From an uncultured delta proteobacterium (lineage in GTDB: Bacteria > Desulfobacterota > Binatia > Binatales > Binataceae), in NCBI GenBank assembly GCA_963842085.1, contig CAWJET010000001.1, positions 2,368,001-2,432,000 of the forward strand: 64,000 nucleotides of DNA. The letters run 5' to 3'. Each line of letters opens with the position of its first letter. Position 1 is the first letter of the stretch. Positions 52,782 through 60,913 of this stretch are shown piece after piece. The notes beneath the pieces are model-generated. The model was not told the DNA's origin and did not search any database. It was given only the letters and a program-made list of their open reading frames with translations. Position numbers and translations under genes: made by a program.

Positions 52782-53396
52782 TTAAGCCTTGCCCGCTCCG
52801 GCCGCCAGTTCGTGCTCGACCAGCGGCAGCCGGTCGTTGCCAAAGAACATCGATCCCTCGACGAACATCGTCGGCGAGCCAAAACCGCCGCGCGCGATCA
52901 ACTCCTCGACGTTCGCGCGCAGCTTGCCCTTGTATTCCTCGGACGCGATCTTGGCGAAGAATTCTTTTTCGTCGAGGCCGGCTTCGCGCACGATTTCGCG
53001 CAGCACCTCGTCCTTGCTGATGTCCTTGTCGTCGCCCCAGTAGCTCTCGAACACGAGCCTCGAATAACGCGCGATTACCCGATGCTCGTCGGCGACGAAC
53101 GCCCCGCGCATCGCCTTGACGGAGTTGACCGGAAACACCGCGGGGTTGCCGATTTTGAGACCGTAGAACCGCGCCCAGTCGCGCAGATCCTTGACGTAGT
53201 ATTTTGCCTTGACCGGAACCGGCTTGGCGCGGCTTTCGTAGACCGAAGGATTGACCGTATTGAACAGCCCGCCCACCAGGATCGGCCGCCAGATCAGGTC
53301 CGCCCCGTGGCGCCGCGCGACGTCCTCGATCTTGGTGAACGCCAGGTATGTCCACGGGCTCGAGCAGTCGTAGAAAAATTCGAGTCGCTTCGGCAT
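52782..53396 (-). CDS. 2-hydroxychromene-2-carboxylate isomerase / DsbA family protein
   Basis: FFYDCSSPWTY, WRPILVGG, GFGSPT, FFGNDRL. Confidence 0.9.
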   Translation of the reverse strand: MPKRLEFFYDCSSPWTYLAFTKIEDVARRHGADLIWRPILVGGLFNTVNPSVYESRAKPVPVKAKYYVKDLRDWARFYGLKIGNPAVFPVNSVKAMRGAFVADEHRVIARYSRLVFESYWGDDKDISKDEVLREIVREAGLDEKEFFAKIASEEYKGKLRANVEELIARGGFGSPTMFVEGSMFFGNDRLPLVEHELAAGAGKA

Positions 53397-53430
53397 GGTC
53401 CGATTCCTTTTCTCACATTATCTCAGTCAA

Positions 53431-54402
53431 TCACTTCTGCGCACTCTCGACGCCATCTTTGCCATCGATCTTTATCAAGTCCGCCCGCACGTACCCGATG
53501 AACGCCTGCGCCTCGATCCGCAGCGGCAGATGGCGCTGATCGGCCGAGATCCACAACACCGTCCCGCGCGCCTCGCTGCGCAACTCGCCGTCGCTGACGT
53601 ACCAGACATCGGGCACGACGCGCCACGCGTCGAAGTCGCCCGTCGCGAGGTGAATCTTCTCGCGCTGCTCGACCTCGAACGCGAAAACATAGCGCTGGCT
53701 GCCGCTGAACACGTCGAACGCATAGGTCTTGCCCGGCTCGAAATCCTGCGTCAGCGCCATCATCGCGCCCGATATCGGCCCCCACGGATCCGACGCGATG
53801 TATTCCTTGCTCTGCGTCCCCTTGTGATTCTTCCTGGTCATCGTGACGATCTCCGCGGGCCGATCGATCTTCACCTCGTAGTAATTGAGCCGGGATTTCT
53901 CGTGCTGGACCAGGTAAACGCCGCTGCTGTGGAGCGTGTCATCGGCCATGCTCTCGCGCATGTAGTCGCGCATCTTGTAAAACAGGTCAGCGAAGGGGTT
54001 GGTCTCGATCCAGATTTCGCCGAGCCATCGCGGAGGATCCTTTTGCTGTTTGTGGAACTCGATACGCGCCTGCGCCGCCGGAATCCCGAGCCACGACGCC
54101 TGGTAGACCAACTGCTCGCCGTCGTGAAACGGTATCGGCCCGGGTTTGTATGCCGGCACCTTCGCCTTGATCTCGGGCGGCAGCGCCATCGGGGTCGGCG
54201 CCGGAGTCGGCAAATGGCGATGCTTGTGCAGGCGCGCGGGCCGCTCCGAATCCGACGCGCCCGATGCCACTCTCGGCGCGGCGATAGCACTCGCAATCAG
54301 TATCAGCGCCGCGATTACGACGCTGGCCAGCGCATCGCGGCACACTTTCACGCGTCTCGTCCGGGCGGCGCGGTTCCTTGCAATGTCCCTCATGATCGCC
54401 AA
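53431..54402 (-). CDS. DUF3108-like exported protein
   Basis: Hydrophobic leader; PF..GEQLVY.ASWLGIPAA, LWISAD.RHLPLRI; start uncertain. Confidence 0.75.
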   Translation of the reverse strand: MAIMRDIARNRAARTRRVKVCRDALASVVIAALILIASAIAAPRVASGASDSERPARLHKHRHLPTPAPTPMALPPEIKAKVPAYKPGPIPFHDGEQLVYQASWLGIPAAQARIEFHKQQKDPPRWLGEIWIETNPFADLFYKMRDYMRESMADDTLHSSGVYLVQHEKSRLNYYEVKIDRPAEIVTMTRKNHKGTQSKEYIASDPWGPISGAMMALTQDFEPGKTYAFDVFSGSQRYVFAFEVEQREKIHLATGDFDAWRVVPDVWYVSDGELRSEARGTVLWISADQRHLPLRIEAQAFIGYVRADLIKIDGKDGVESAQK

Positions 54403-54432
54403 TAATTCTGGCCGATTGCGGAGGTGCGCGAA

Positions 54433-55221
54433 ATGACTATCACGCGAAATTTATTTTCTGCCTTCGCGCTTGGCGTCGCGCTTGCCGTACCACACCTCGC
54501 CTTTGCGCAGTATGGCGGCCAGGGATTGGGCAGTGCGCTCAGTGCCAACCCGATGTCGCATCAGGAAGCTACGAAAGCCGGCGTCGACGACATAGCCAGT
54601 CACGCGCAGCAGGAAACGCCGTTCAAAATCATCAAAGACGTAAAACTCGGCCTCAAGGACGCCGACCCCAACGTACGCGTCTCCGAGCTGGAAAAGCTCC
54701 GCAACCTCCAGGATCCGGAAGTCAATCAGATCCTGATGAACTCGCTGTCCGACCCCGACGTGCGCGTCAAAATAAAGGCGGTCGATATCCTCGGCGCGCG
54801 TGAAGCCAATGAGGCCGTGCCGCCAATGTCCTCGATGCTGTTCCTGCGTTCCACCGAGCCCATCGTCAAGCTCCATCTGGTTGCGGCACTGGGCAGGATT
54901 GGCGATGCGCAGGGCGTGCTGCCGGTCATGCAGTATCTCGGCGAAGATCAGGATGAGCGCGCTCGCGGCACCGCCGTCTTCGCCCTGGGCGAAATCGGAA
55001 GCGACAAGGCCGTGCCGCTGCTCAACAAGGTCGTGGCCGAGGATGAGAGCCCGATGGTCCGGCGACTCGCGAAAGAAGCGCTGGAAAAGGTCAGCGGCGA
55101 ATTGCCGACCGAGCGGGCGAAGACGATGGCCGCGAATACGAGCAAGGCCGACGAGCCCACCGATCAGAAGCTCGCCAAGCTGCGCGAGATGGACAAGAAG
55201 ATGCAGGACATGGAGCGCTGA
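54433..55221 (+). CDS. Exported HEAT-repeat protein
   Basis: Signal peptide ending AFA; repeated L.D.D..VR..A...LG.IG units. Confidence 0.85.
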   Translation: MTITRNLFSAFALGVALAVPHLAFAQYGGQGLGSALSANPMSHQEATKAGVDDIASHAQQETPFKIIKDVKLGLKDADPNVRVSELEKLRNLQDPEVNQILMNSLSDPDVRVKIKAVDILGAREANEAVPPMSSMLFLRSTEPIVKLHLVAALGRIGDAQGVLPVMQYLGEDQDERARGTAVFALGEIGSDKAVPLLNKVVAEDESPMVRRLAKEALEKVSGELPTERAKTMAANTSKADEPTDQKLAKLREMDKKMQDMER

Positions 55222-55238
55222 GCGCTCCCTCTGATCCC

Positions 55239-55273
55239 CGCCCGTTGATTCAGGCGAGAGGTGAGGTGAGGGT
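55239..55273. repeat. REP-like intergenic element
   Basis: CGCCCGTTGATTCAGGCGAGA matches 63980-64000 at 17 of 21 positions; lies between convergent genes. Confidence 0.45.
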
Positions 55274-55311
55274 TCTGCGCTGCATGAGCAATCTCCGCGC
55301 GATTCTTCTAC

Positions 55312-56943
55312 TTATCTCCTTCCGATCCACTCGCCCGCCATCACGCCATCGCCGCACCACTTCCCGTCCGCGACCACCGCGGTTCCATTGACCATCACGT
55401 GCTCGATTCCGACCGGCGTCACCGTCGGCGTTTGCGCATCGGCGGCGCAGCCGATCGTATCCGGATTGAATATCACCAGGTCCGCTGCGTAGCCCGGACG
55501 CACCAGGCCGCGCCCGCCGAGCCGCATCCGCTCCGCCGCCATGCCCGTCGCCTTGTGCACCGCGTCTTCGAGCGTCAGCAGTTTCAACTCGCGCACGTAA
55601 TGCCCCAGGATTCGCGGGTAGGTGCCGAAGCTCGCGGGATTGTGATGCCCATGCGAGGTCAGGATCGTGTCCATTTCGAACATGTTCAGCGGATGTTTCA
55701 TCGCCTCCCGCAGCGCATGCTCGTCGCCGAAGTCGTCGCCGCTGTATAGATGGTTCAGCACGCGCGCCCGCGTCCCGCTCTCACGCGTAATCGTCAGGTA
55801 CGCGTCGATCGGATCGAGTTTCAGCTCATCGGCGATCTGCCCGAAGAACTTGCCCTCGAGATGACTGAGTTCGGGCTTGACCGCCCACATGAGCTGAACC
55901 GAGTCGGCAATAAACGGCCGGAGCGGCTCGAATCCGTCGCGCAATTTCTTCCATTCTTCCGGTGACTCGAGCAGACCTTCGAGTCCGGTCTGCGCCCAAG
56001 CGGGAAAAATAACCCGAATCGTCGTGTTGCCGCAGGTGTAGGGGAAAGTGTCGAACGCGATATCGACGCCGTCGCTTTTGTGACGCTCGACTTCGGCGAT
56101 CGTGTCTTCGACCGTCGCCCAGGTCTGCGGGCCAACAAAAATCAGATGCGAGACTTGCAGCGGTACGTCCGCCTCGCGCGCGACGTTGGCCATCTCGCGC
56201 ACGGCCAGGATGTTGTGTGGAACCACCCTGGTGTCGAAGAACAACGAGCGCACCGAGTATGCGCGCAGATGCGAGGTCAACACGCCGCCCGCCGCTGCCG
56301 CCACGCGAGCCAGCGCCGCCAGCTCGGCCGGCTTCGCGATCATTCCGGGAAAATAGCCGAGCCCACACGACAGTCCGACCGCGCCATCGGCCATTGCCCG
56401 CTCGACCATCGCCTGCATCGCGCGCAACTGCTCCGCCGACGGCTCGCGCGCGTCCGAACCCATCACGCTCAAGCGAATGCTGCCGTGGCCCGCCAGATGC
56501 GCGACGTTGAGCGCGAGTCCGCGGCGCTTCAGATAGGCGGCGAAGCCCGCCACGTCGTCCCATTCCCAATCGAACGTCCGCTCGGCGCATAGCCGTCCCG
56601 ACTCGTCGAGCATCCGCCGCCGCTCGCGCATAACAGGCGCTACCGAGAAGCCGCAATTGCCGCCGACAAACGTCGTCACGCCTTGCAGCAGAAACGGTTT
56701 AAGGATTTGCCCGTGCTCGGCCATCGGCAGGACCCAGTCGGAATGCGAATGCATATCGATGAAGCCCGGCGCCACTGCGAGGCCGCTCGCATCGATCTCA
56801 TGCGCGGCGAACGCGCTGGCGACGTCACCCGGATCGATCAGCGCGGCTATTTTGCGGTCCTTGATCGCGACGTCGGCGCGAAAGCGCGGCGCGCCGCTGC
56901 CATCGACCACGATGCCATTACGAACGACTACGTCATATTCCAT
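55312..56943 (-). CDS. N-acyl-D-amino-acid deacylase family amidohydrolase
   Basis: VAPGFIDMHSHSD, GNCGFS, GTYPRILG, G.AADLVIF. Confidence 0.9.
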   Translation of the reverse strand: MEYDVVVRNGIVVDGSGAPRFRADVAIKDRKIAALIDPGDVASAFAAHEIDASGLAVAPGFIDMHSHSDWVLPMAEHGQILKPFLLQGVTTFVGGNCGFSVAPVMRERRRMLDESGRLCAERTFDWEWDDVAGFAAYLKRRGLALNVAHLAGHGSIRLSVMGSDAREPSAEQLRAMQAMVERAMADGAVGLSCGLGYFPGMIAKPAELAALARVAAAAGGVLTSHLRAYSVRSLFFDTRVVPHNILAVREMANVAREADVPLQVSHLIFVGPQTWATVEDTIAEVERHKSDGVDIAFDTFPYTCGNTTIRVIFPAWAQTGLEGLLESPEEWKKLRDGFEPLRPFIADSVQLMWAVKPELSHLEGKFFGQIADELKLDPIDAYLTITRESGTRARVLNHLYSGDDFGDEHALREAMKHPLNMFEMDTILTSHGHHNPASFGTYPRILGHYVRELKLLTLEDAVHKATGMAAERMRLGGRGLVRPGYAADLVIFNPDTIGCAADAQTPTVTPVGIEHVMVNGTAVVADGKWCGDGVMAGEWIGRR

Positions 56944-56999
56944 GAACGCGATTATTCGCGCCTGGCAACACTCAGCGCAAACGTGCGCTCCCGCCCTTT

Positions 57000-58301
57000 T
57001 TACGCTCTGATCAAGCCATCGACGTGGCCGCTGGAGCGCGGGCGTCCCGGGAATACTCGATCGATCTGCGCGTCTGAAAACTGCATGTGCGAGCGCAGCA
57101 CCGTCGCGATCGGCTCGCGAAAGTCGGTGGTCACCGCCAGGTCGCGCTCCTGGTAAAGGCTCCCCGGTGAAAGGCCCGGCCACTTGCCGTAAACCTTGCC
57201 GCCTTTCACCGGCCCGCCCATCACCCACATGACGTTGCCGTGCCCGTGATCGGTGCCGCCGTTGCCGTTTTCATGCATCGTGCGCCCGAACTCCGAGATC
57301 ACCAGAATGACGGTTTCCTGATAGTTTGGCCCGAGCTGACTGGCGAAGCTTGCCAGCCCCTCGCCGAGCGGCTTGAGATGGCCCGCGAGCTGGCCGTTGG
57401 CCGCGCCTTCGCTGACGTGCGTGTCCCAGCCGCCGAGCGCCATGAACGCGACTCGAATCGTGGGATCGCGGCCGATCAGGCGCGCCAGCCTGTCCGTGTC
57501 GTCGGAGAATCCATTGGGCGAGGGCGCTCCGGCATCGGCCTCCGTCATATCCTGCTTCAGTTCGCTCATCAGCCGCATGCGTGCCTGGCGTCCATCGCGA
57601 TACGCGCGGCTGATTGAATCGCTGCCGGTGTACATCCGATCGAATGCCGCTTCGATCACCGGTCGGTCCATCGGCATCGGCCGCTCCGCCGCTCGCCCAA
57701 GCGCGATATTCGCGACCGGCATCCTGCCGCTCAGAATCCGCGGCACCGTCGGGCCGAGACTGAGCGCTTCGGTCGGGCTATGCGTCCCCGGAATTACTCC
57801 GAGCGTCCGATTCAGCCATCCGTCCTGCGTTGACTTGACGCCGGGCGTGCCGCTCTCCATGAAATCCTGCGCGTCGAAATGCGATCGCGTCGGATCCGGC
57901 GAACCGCAGGCATGCACGAACGCCAGCGTGCCATCTCGCCATTGGCGCTCCATCGGCGCGAGCGCAGGATGCAGACCGAAATAGCCGTCGAGATCGACCA
58001 GCCCGTCGCTCGCGCCCATGCGCCCGATCGCGATTGTCGGGCGCGCATCGTAGTACGCCGGCTCGCCATGCGGTACCACCACGTTCAGGCCGTCAACCGC
58101 GCCGCGCAGGAAAACCACGATCAGCCTGCCCTTGCTACTTGAGTCGAGCGAACGCGCCGCCCACGCATTTGGGCTCAGCAGCACGATGCCCGACGCCGAC
58201 AGAAGAGCCGCGCGCCGCAAAAACGCCCGCCGGCTGAGCGAAGTTGCGAGTGCCGGACTGCACTCCGTACACGCGTTATTTTCCTGAAGAAATTTTTCCA
58301 T
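57000..58301 (-). CDS. DUF1501 family protein with Tat-type leader
   Basis: SRRAFL, FLRGAVDGL, RSHFDAQ, GGWDTH, SEFGRT, GTDHG. Confidence 0.9.
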   Translation of the reverse strand: MEKFLQENNACTECSPALATSLSRRAFLRRAALLSASGIVLLSPNAWAARSLDSSSKGRLIVVFLRGAVDGLNVVVPHGEPAYYDARPTIAIGRMGASDGLVDLDGYFGLHPALAPMERQWRDGTLAFVHACGSPDPTRSHFDAQDFMESGTPGVKSTQDGWLNRTLGVIPGTHSPTEALSLGPTVPRILSGRMPVANIALGRAAERPMPMDRPVIEAAFDRMYTGSDSISRAYRDGRQARMRLMSELKQDMTEADAGAPSPNGFSDDTDRLARLIGRDPTIRVAFMALGGWDTHVSEGAANGQLAGHLKPLGEGLASFASQLGPNYQETVILVISEFGRTMHENGNGGTDHGHGNVMWVMGGPVKGGKVYGKWPGLSPGSLYQERDLAVTTDFREPIATVLRSHMQFSDAQIDRVFPGRPRSSGHVDGLIRA

Positions 58302-58310
58302 CGTAAGCTC

Positions 58311-60029
58311 TCAGCGCTTCATGAACTCGGGACTGCCGAGTATCAGCGGCGCGCGCAGTTGCGTTGGCGACGCCTCCACAGCGTTGGCCGTCGCGGTTGA
58401 AAAATAATCGCCAAGCGTCGCCGCGAGCTGCGCGGGATCGGGCGGCGTCATCTTCGGTCCGCGTGGCCCGGGGTCGAACTTGATATTCACTTTGCCGACG
58501 CCATTTTTCAGGACTGCCGCCGGCTCGCGCCGTCTCTCGCCAGCGGCCGCGTCTTCTTCGAACGGCGGATTTTCCAGCGGCAGATTCCCCGAGCCCAGCG
58601 CGGTCGCGAAGCTGAGCCGCGTCATCATCGCGTCCGGATTCAGCCACGCAACCTGCGTGTTGGCGTAGCCGTTGGGCGTTTGACATGCATACAGCGGCAT
58701 CCCAAGAATCTGCATCGTGCCGTACAGCGGCCGGTAATTGCGCACCGGCACGCCGGTCGCGCGCACGCACGAAACCACGTACTCGTAAGGCGTTTTGAAC
58801 TTGGCGCCGTAGTAGCGCGGGTCCCAGAATTCCGCGCTCGTGAACATCGTCTCGAGCACCGCGCGAGTCTCGCCGTCGCTGGCCAGGTAGCGCTGCGCCA
58901 TCCGCTGCACCAGCGCTTTGGGTGGATCGTCGGCGACGAAGTATTGCGCCAGCTTGAAGCTGAGATGCTTCGCTGTGGCGGGACTGCGCGCCAGGATGTC
59001 AAGCGCATGCTCGCCTTCCGCCATTCCGCCGCCCTCGATCTGGCGGCCCAGAAAAGTTTTTTCAGAAAAGTCGTGGCGCGAGGCGTCGAAATAAAATCCG
59101 CTCGGGTCCGCCGGCCGAATGAGGTTTTGCCGGCGTTGCATCATCATTCGCCGCATCGGAAAAAATCCGCCCATTTCGGCGCCCGGCATGCCTTCGACGC
59201 CGGGCCTGCGATTCCCACCGCCACCGCCGTTGCCCTTGGGCAGTCCCCATCCGGTCAGAATATGCGCGAGCGCGATTACGTCGGCTTGATGGTAGCCGCC
59301 GTTGACGCCCAGCGTATGCAGCTCCATCAGCTCGCGCGCGTAGTTCTCGTTTATTCCCTCGAACCTGCCCTTCGAGCCGGGGCTGCCAGGCGCGGTGTTC
59401 AGCCAGTTGTCGAGGTAGAAGAGCATCGCCGGATGATGCGCCGTCGCGCCCAGCAGCGTGCGGAACTTGCCGAACGTATGCGGCCGAATCGCAGTTTCCT
59501 CGAACGCACCCGTCCAGATCAGGTCGAGGCCTTTGCCGGCGAAAACATTGAAGTGGTTGAACCAGAACGCGGTCATCACTTCCTGCAACTGACGCGGCCC
59601 TGCGATCGCGCGCAACATCCGGGCCTCGACCGCCTCGCGCATCACGACGCGCTGCCGGATTCGCGCGTCCTTGGTCGCGTCTTTTATCGCCGACTTGTCG
59701 CCACCGCTCGCGGCCTTGGCTTCCCGGCGCGCCTGCATGATCGGCCGCTGATATTCCATGAACAGCGCGAGCGGCGACATGTGCAGCGTGCGATATTCGC
59801 TCACGCGCTTGATCAGGTCGCCGGGAATCGCAATCGACTCGGGGTGCAACTGCTCCTGCACGTAGCGTTCGGGTCCAATCGCGCTGACCCGCTCGAAGTC
59901 GCCGGGCCGCGGCCCGAACGCGAGCCGGTTAAGCACGTGCAGTGTCCGGTCTCGCTTTGATTCTTCGCTCGATTCCAGCACGGCTGTATCTCGTCTATCT
60001 AGTACGAACCCGCCAGCCAGCGGATTCAC
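58311..60029 (-). CDS. DUF1800 family protein
   Basis: LNRLAFG, FWFNHF, MLFYLDN, NENYARELMELHTLG, SPEF; start uncertain. Confidence 0.88.
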   Translation of the reverse strand: MNPLAGGFVLDRRDTAVLESSEESKRDRTLHVLNRLAFGPRPGDFERVSAIGPERYVQEQLHPESIAIPGDLIKRVSEYRTLHMSPLALFMEYQRPIMQARREAKAASGGDKSAIKDATKDARIRQRVVMREAVEARMLRAIAGPRQLQEVMTAFWFNHFNVFAGKGLDLIWTGAFEETAIRPHTFGKFRTLLGATAHHPAMLFYLDNWLNTAPGSPGSKGRFEGINENYARELMELHTLGVNGGYHQADVIALAHILTGWGLPKGNGGGGGNRRPGVEGMPGAEMGGFFPMRRMMMQRRQNLIRPADPSGFYFDASRHDFSEKTFLGRQIEGGGMAEGEHALDILARSPATAKHLSFKLAQYFVADDPPKALVQRMAQRYLASDGETRAVLETMFTSAEFWDPRYYGAKFKTPYEYVVSCVRATGVPVRNYRPLYGTMQILGMPLYACQTPNGYANTQVAWLNPDAMMTRLSFATALGSGNLPLENPPFEEDAAAGERRREPAAVLKNGVGKVNIKFDPGPRGPKMTPPDPAQLAATLGDYFSTATANAVEASPTQLRAPLILGSPEFMKR

Positions 60030-60058
60030 ACTATTAGACGTAGCCGGAGCCGCCCCGT

Positions 60059-60511
60059 TTACCTGGACGCGCGCCCCCATGCCTCGATCAGCCGCTCGAA
60101 TGCCTTCCGCAGCTCGGGATCCTTCAACTCCGGCAGCTCGATCGATTTCCGCGCAGCCCGCGCCACCGTGCGCAATTTCGGCTTTAGTTGCTCGCGCCGG
60201 CTTAGTCGCCCCTGCACGAATCGCAGCTCGCGCACGACGTCGTCGCCCAGCCGCTCTTGCACGCGCGTCAGAATTTGCGACTTCATCAGGTTCAGTTCTT
60301 GTATCCACATCGCGCCCGACACTTTCACGACCGCGGTGTGGAATTTCAGCGAGACGATTTCCGTGCGCCGCGCGATCGTCTCGCCGACGATCTCCGGCCA
60401 TGCTTTCGCCAGCCGCACGATCGCGAAATGACCTTCGCGGTCGATCCGATCGAGCAGCGGCTGCATCGCCGCGCCGATCTGTTCTGGAGCCTTATGGCGT
60501 CGCGTCGGCAT
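60059..60511 (-). CDS. DciA/DUF721 family protein (helicase loader)
   Basis: WPEIVG..IA..T, V.V....W.QEL...K..IL, ELRF. Confidence 0.85.
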   Translation of the reverse strand: MPTRRHKAPEQIGAAMQPLLDRIDREGHFAIVRLAKAWPEIVGETIARRTEIVSLKFHTAVVKVSGAMWIQELNLMKSQILTRVQERLGDDVVRELRFVQGRLSRREQLKPKLRTVARAARKSIELPELKDPELRKAFERLIEAWGRASR

Positions 60512-60677
60512 CGGCGCTCCACGATAGCGCCGGCACCGTCGCAGGCATACCGACTGAATGGTCAGTGACTTTCGCCGCTCCAACCGCGGTTACAATTTCG
60601 ATTAGCATGGCTAATTTAAGATCATCGGTCATTCACAAGTATTAATGAAAGCGAAGATTTACCAAAAGTTATCAACA

Positions 60678-60725
60678 ACCTAATATATGGGTTGTGAACA
60701 GATTGTCCTACACTACCTGTAGGGG
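60678..60725. promoter_or_regulatory. Tandem NrdR boxes
   Basis: ACCTAATATATGGGTT (60678) and ACACTACCTGTAGGGG (60710), 32 bp apart, upstream of a ribonucleotide reductase. Confidence 0.72.
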
Positions 60726-60733
60726 GTCGGGGC

Positions 60734-60763
60734 TTGACAGCCCGCACGGGCCGCGCGCATATT
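60734..60763 (+). promoter_or_regulatory. Sigma70-type promoter for nrdJ
   Basis: TTGACA-18 nt-CATATT. Confidence 0.55.
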
Positions 60764-60913
60764 GTCGCCCACGACGCACTTGGCAATCACTAGATTGCGC
60801 TGGAGCCATGGCAGCGGCTACGACGACGCTACGGAAACTGAATGCGGGCTTAATGCGCATGTAACTGAGGTGGGGAGGATGCGGTGATGGGTGGGGGAGC
60901 GATAGATTTGGAG

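Noticed and set aside
57000-60029. DUF1800-DUF1501 pair as a new system
   Set aside because: It is a widespread, known gene pair with nothing unusual here, although its function is still unclear.
60770-60913. Cobalamin riboswitch in the nrdJ leader
   Set aside because: No B12-box or other conserved riboswitch motifs are visible.
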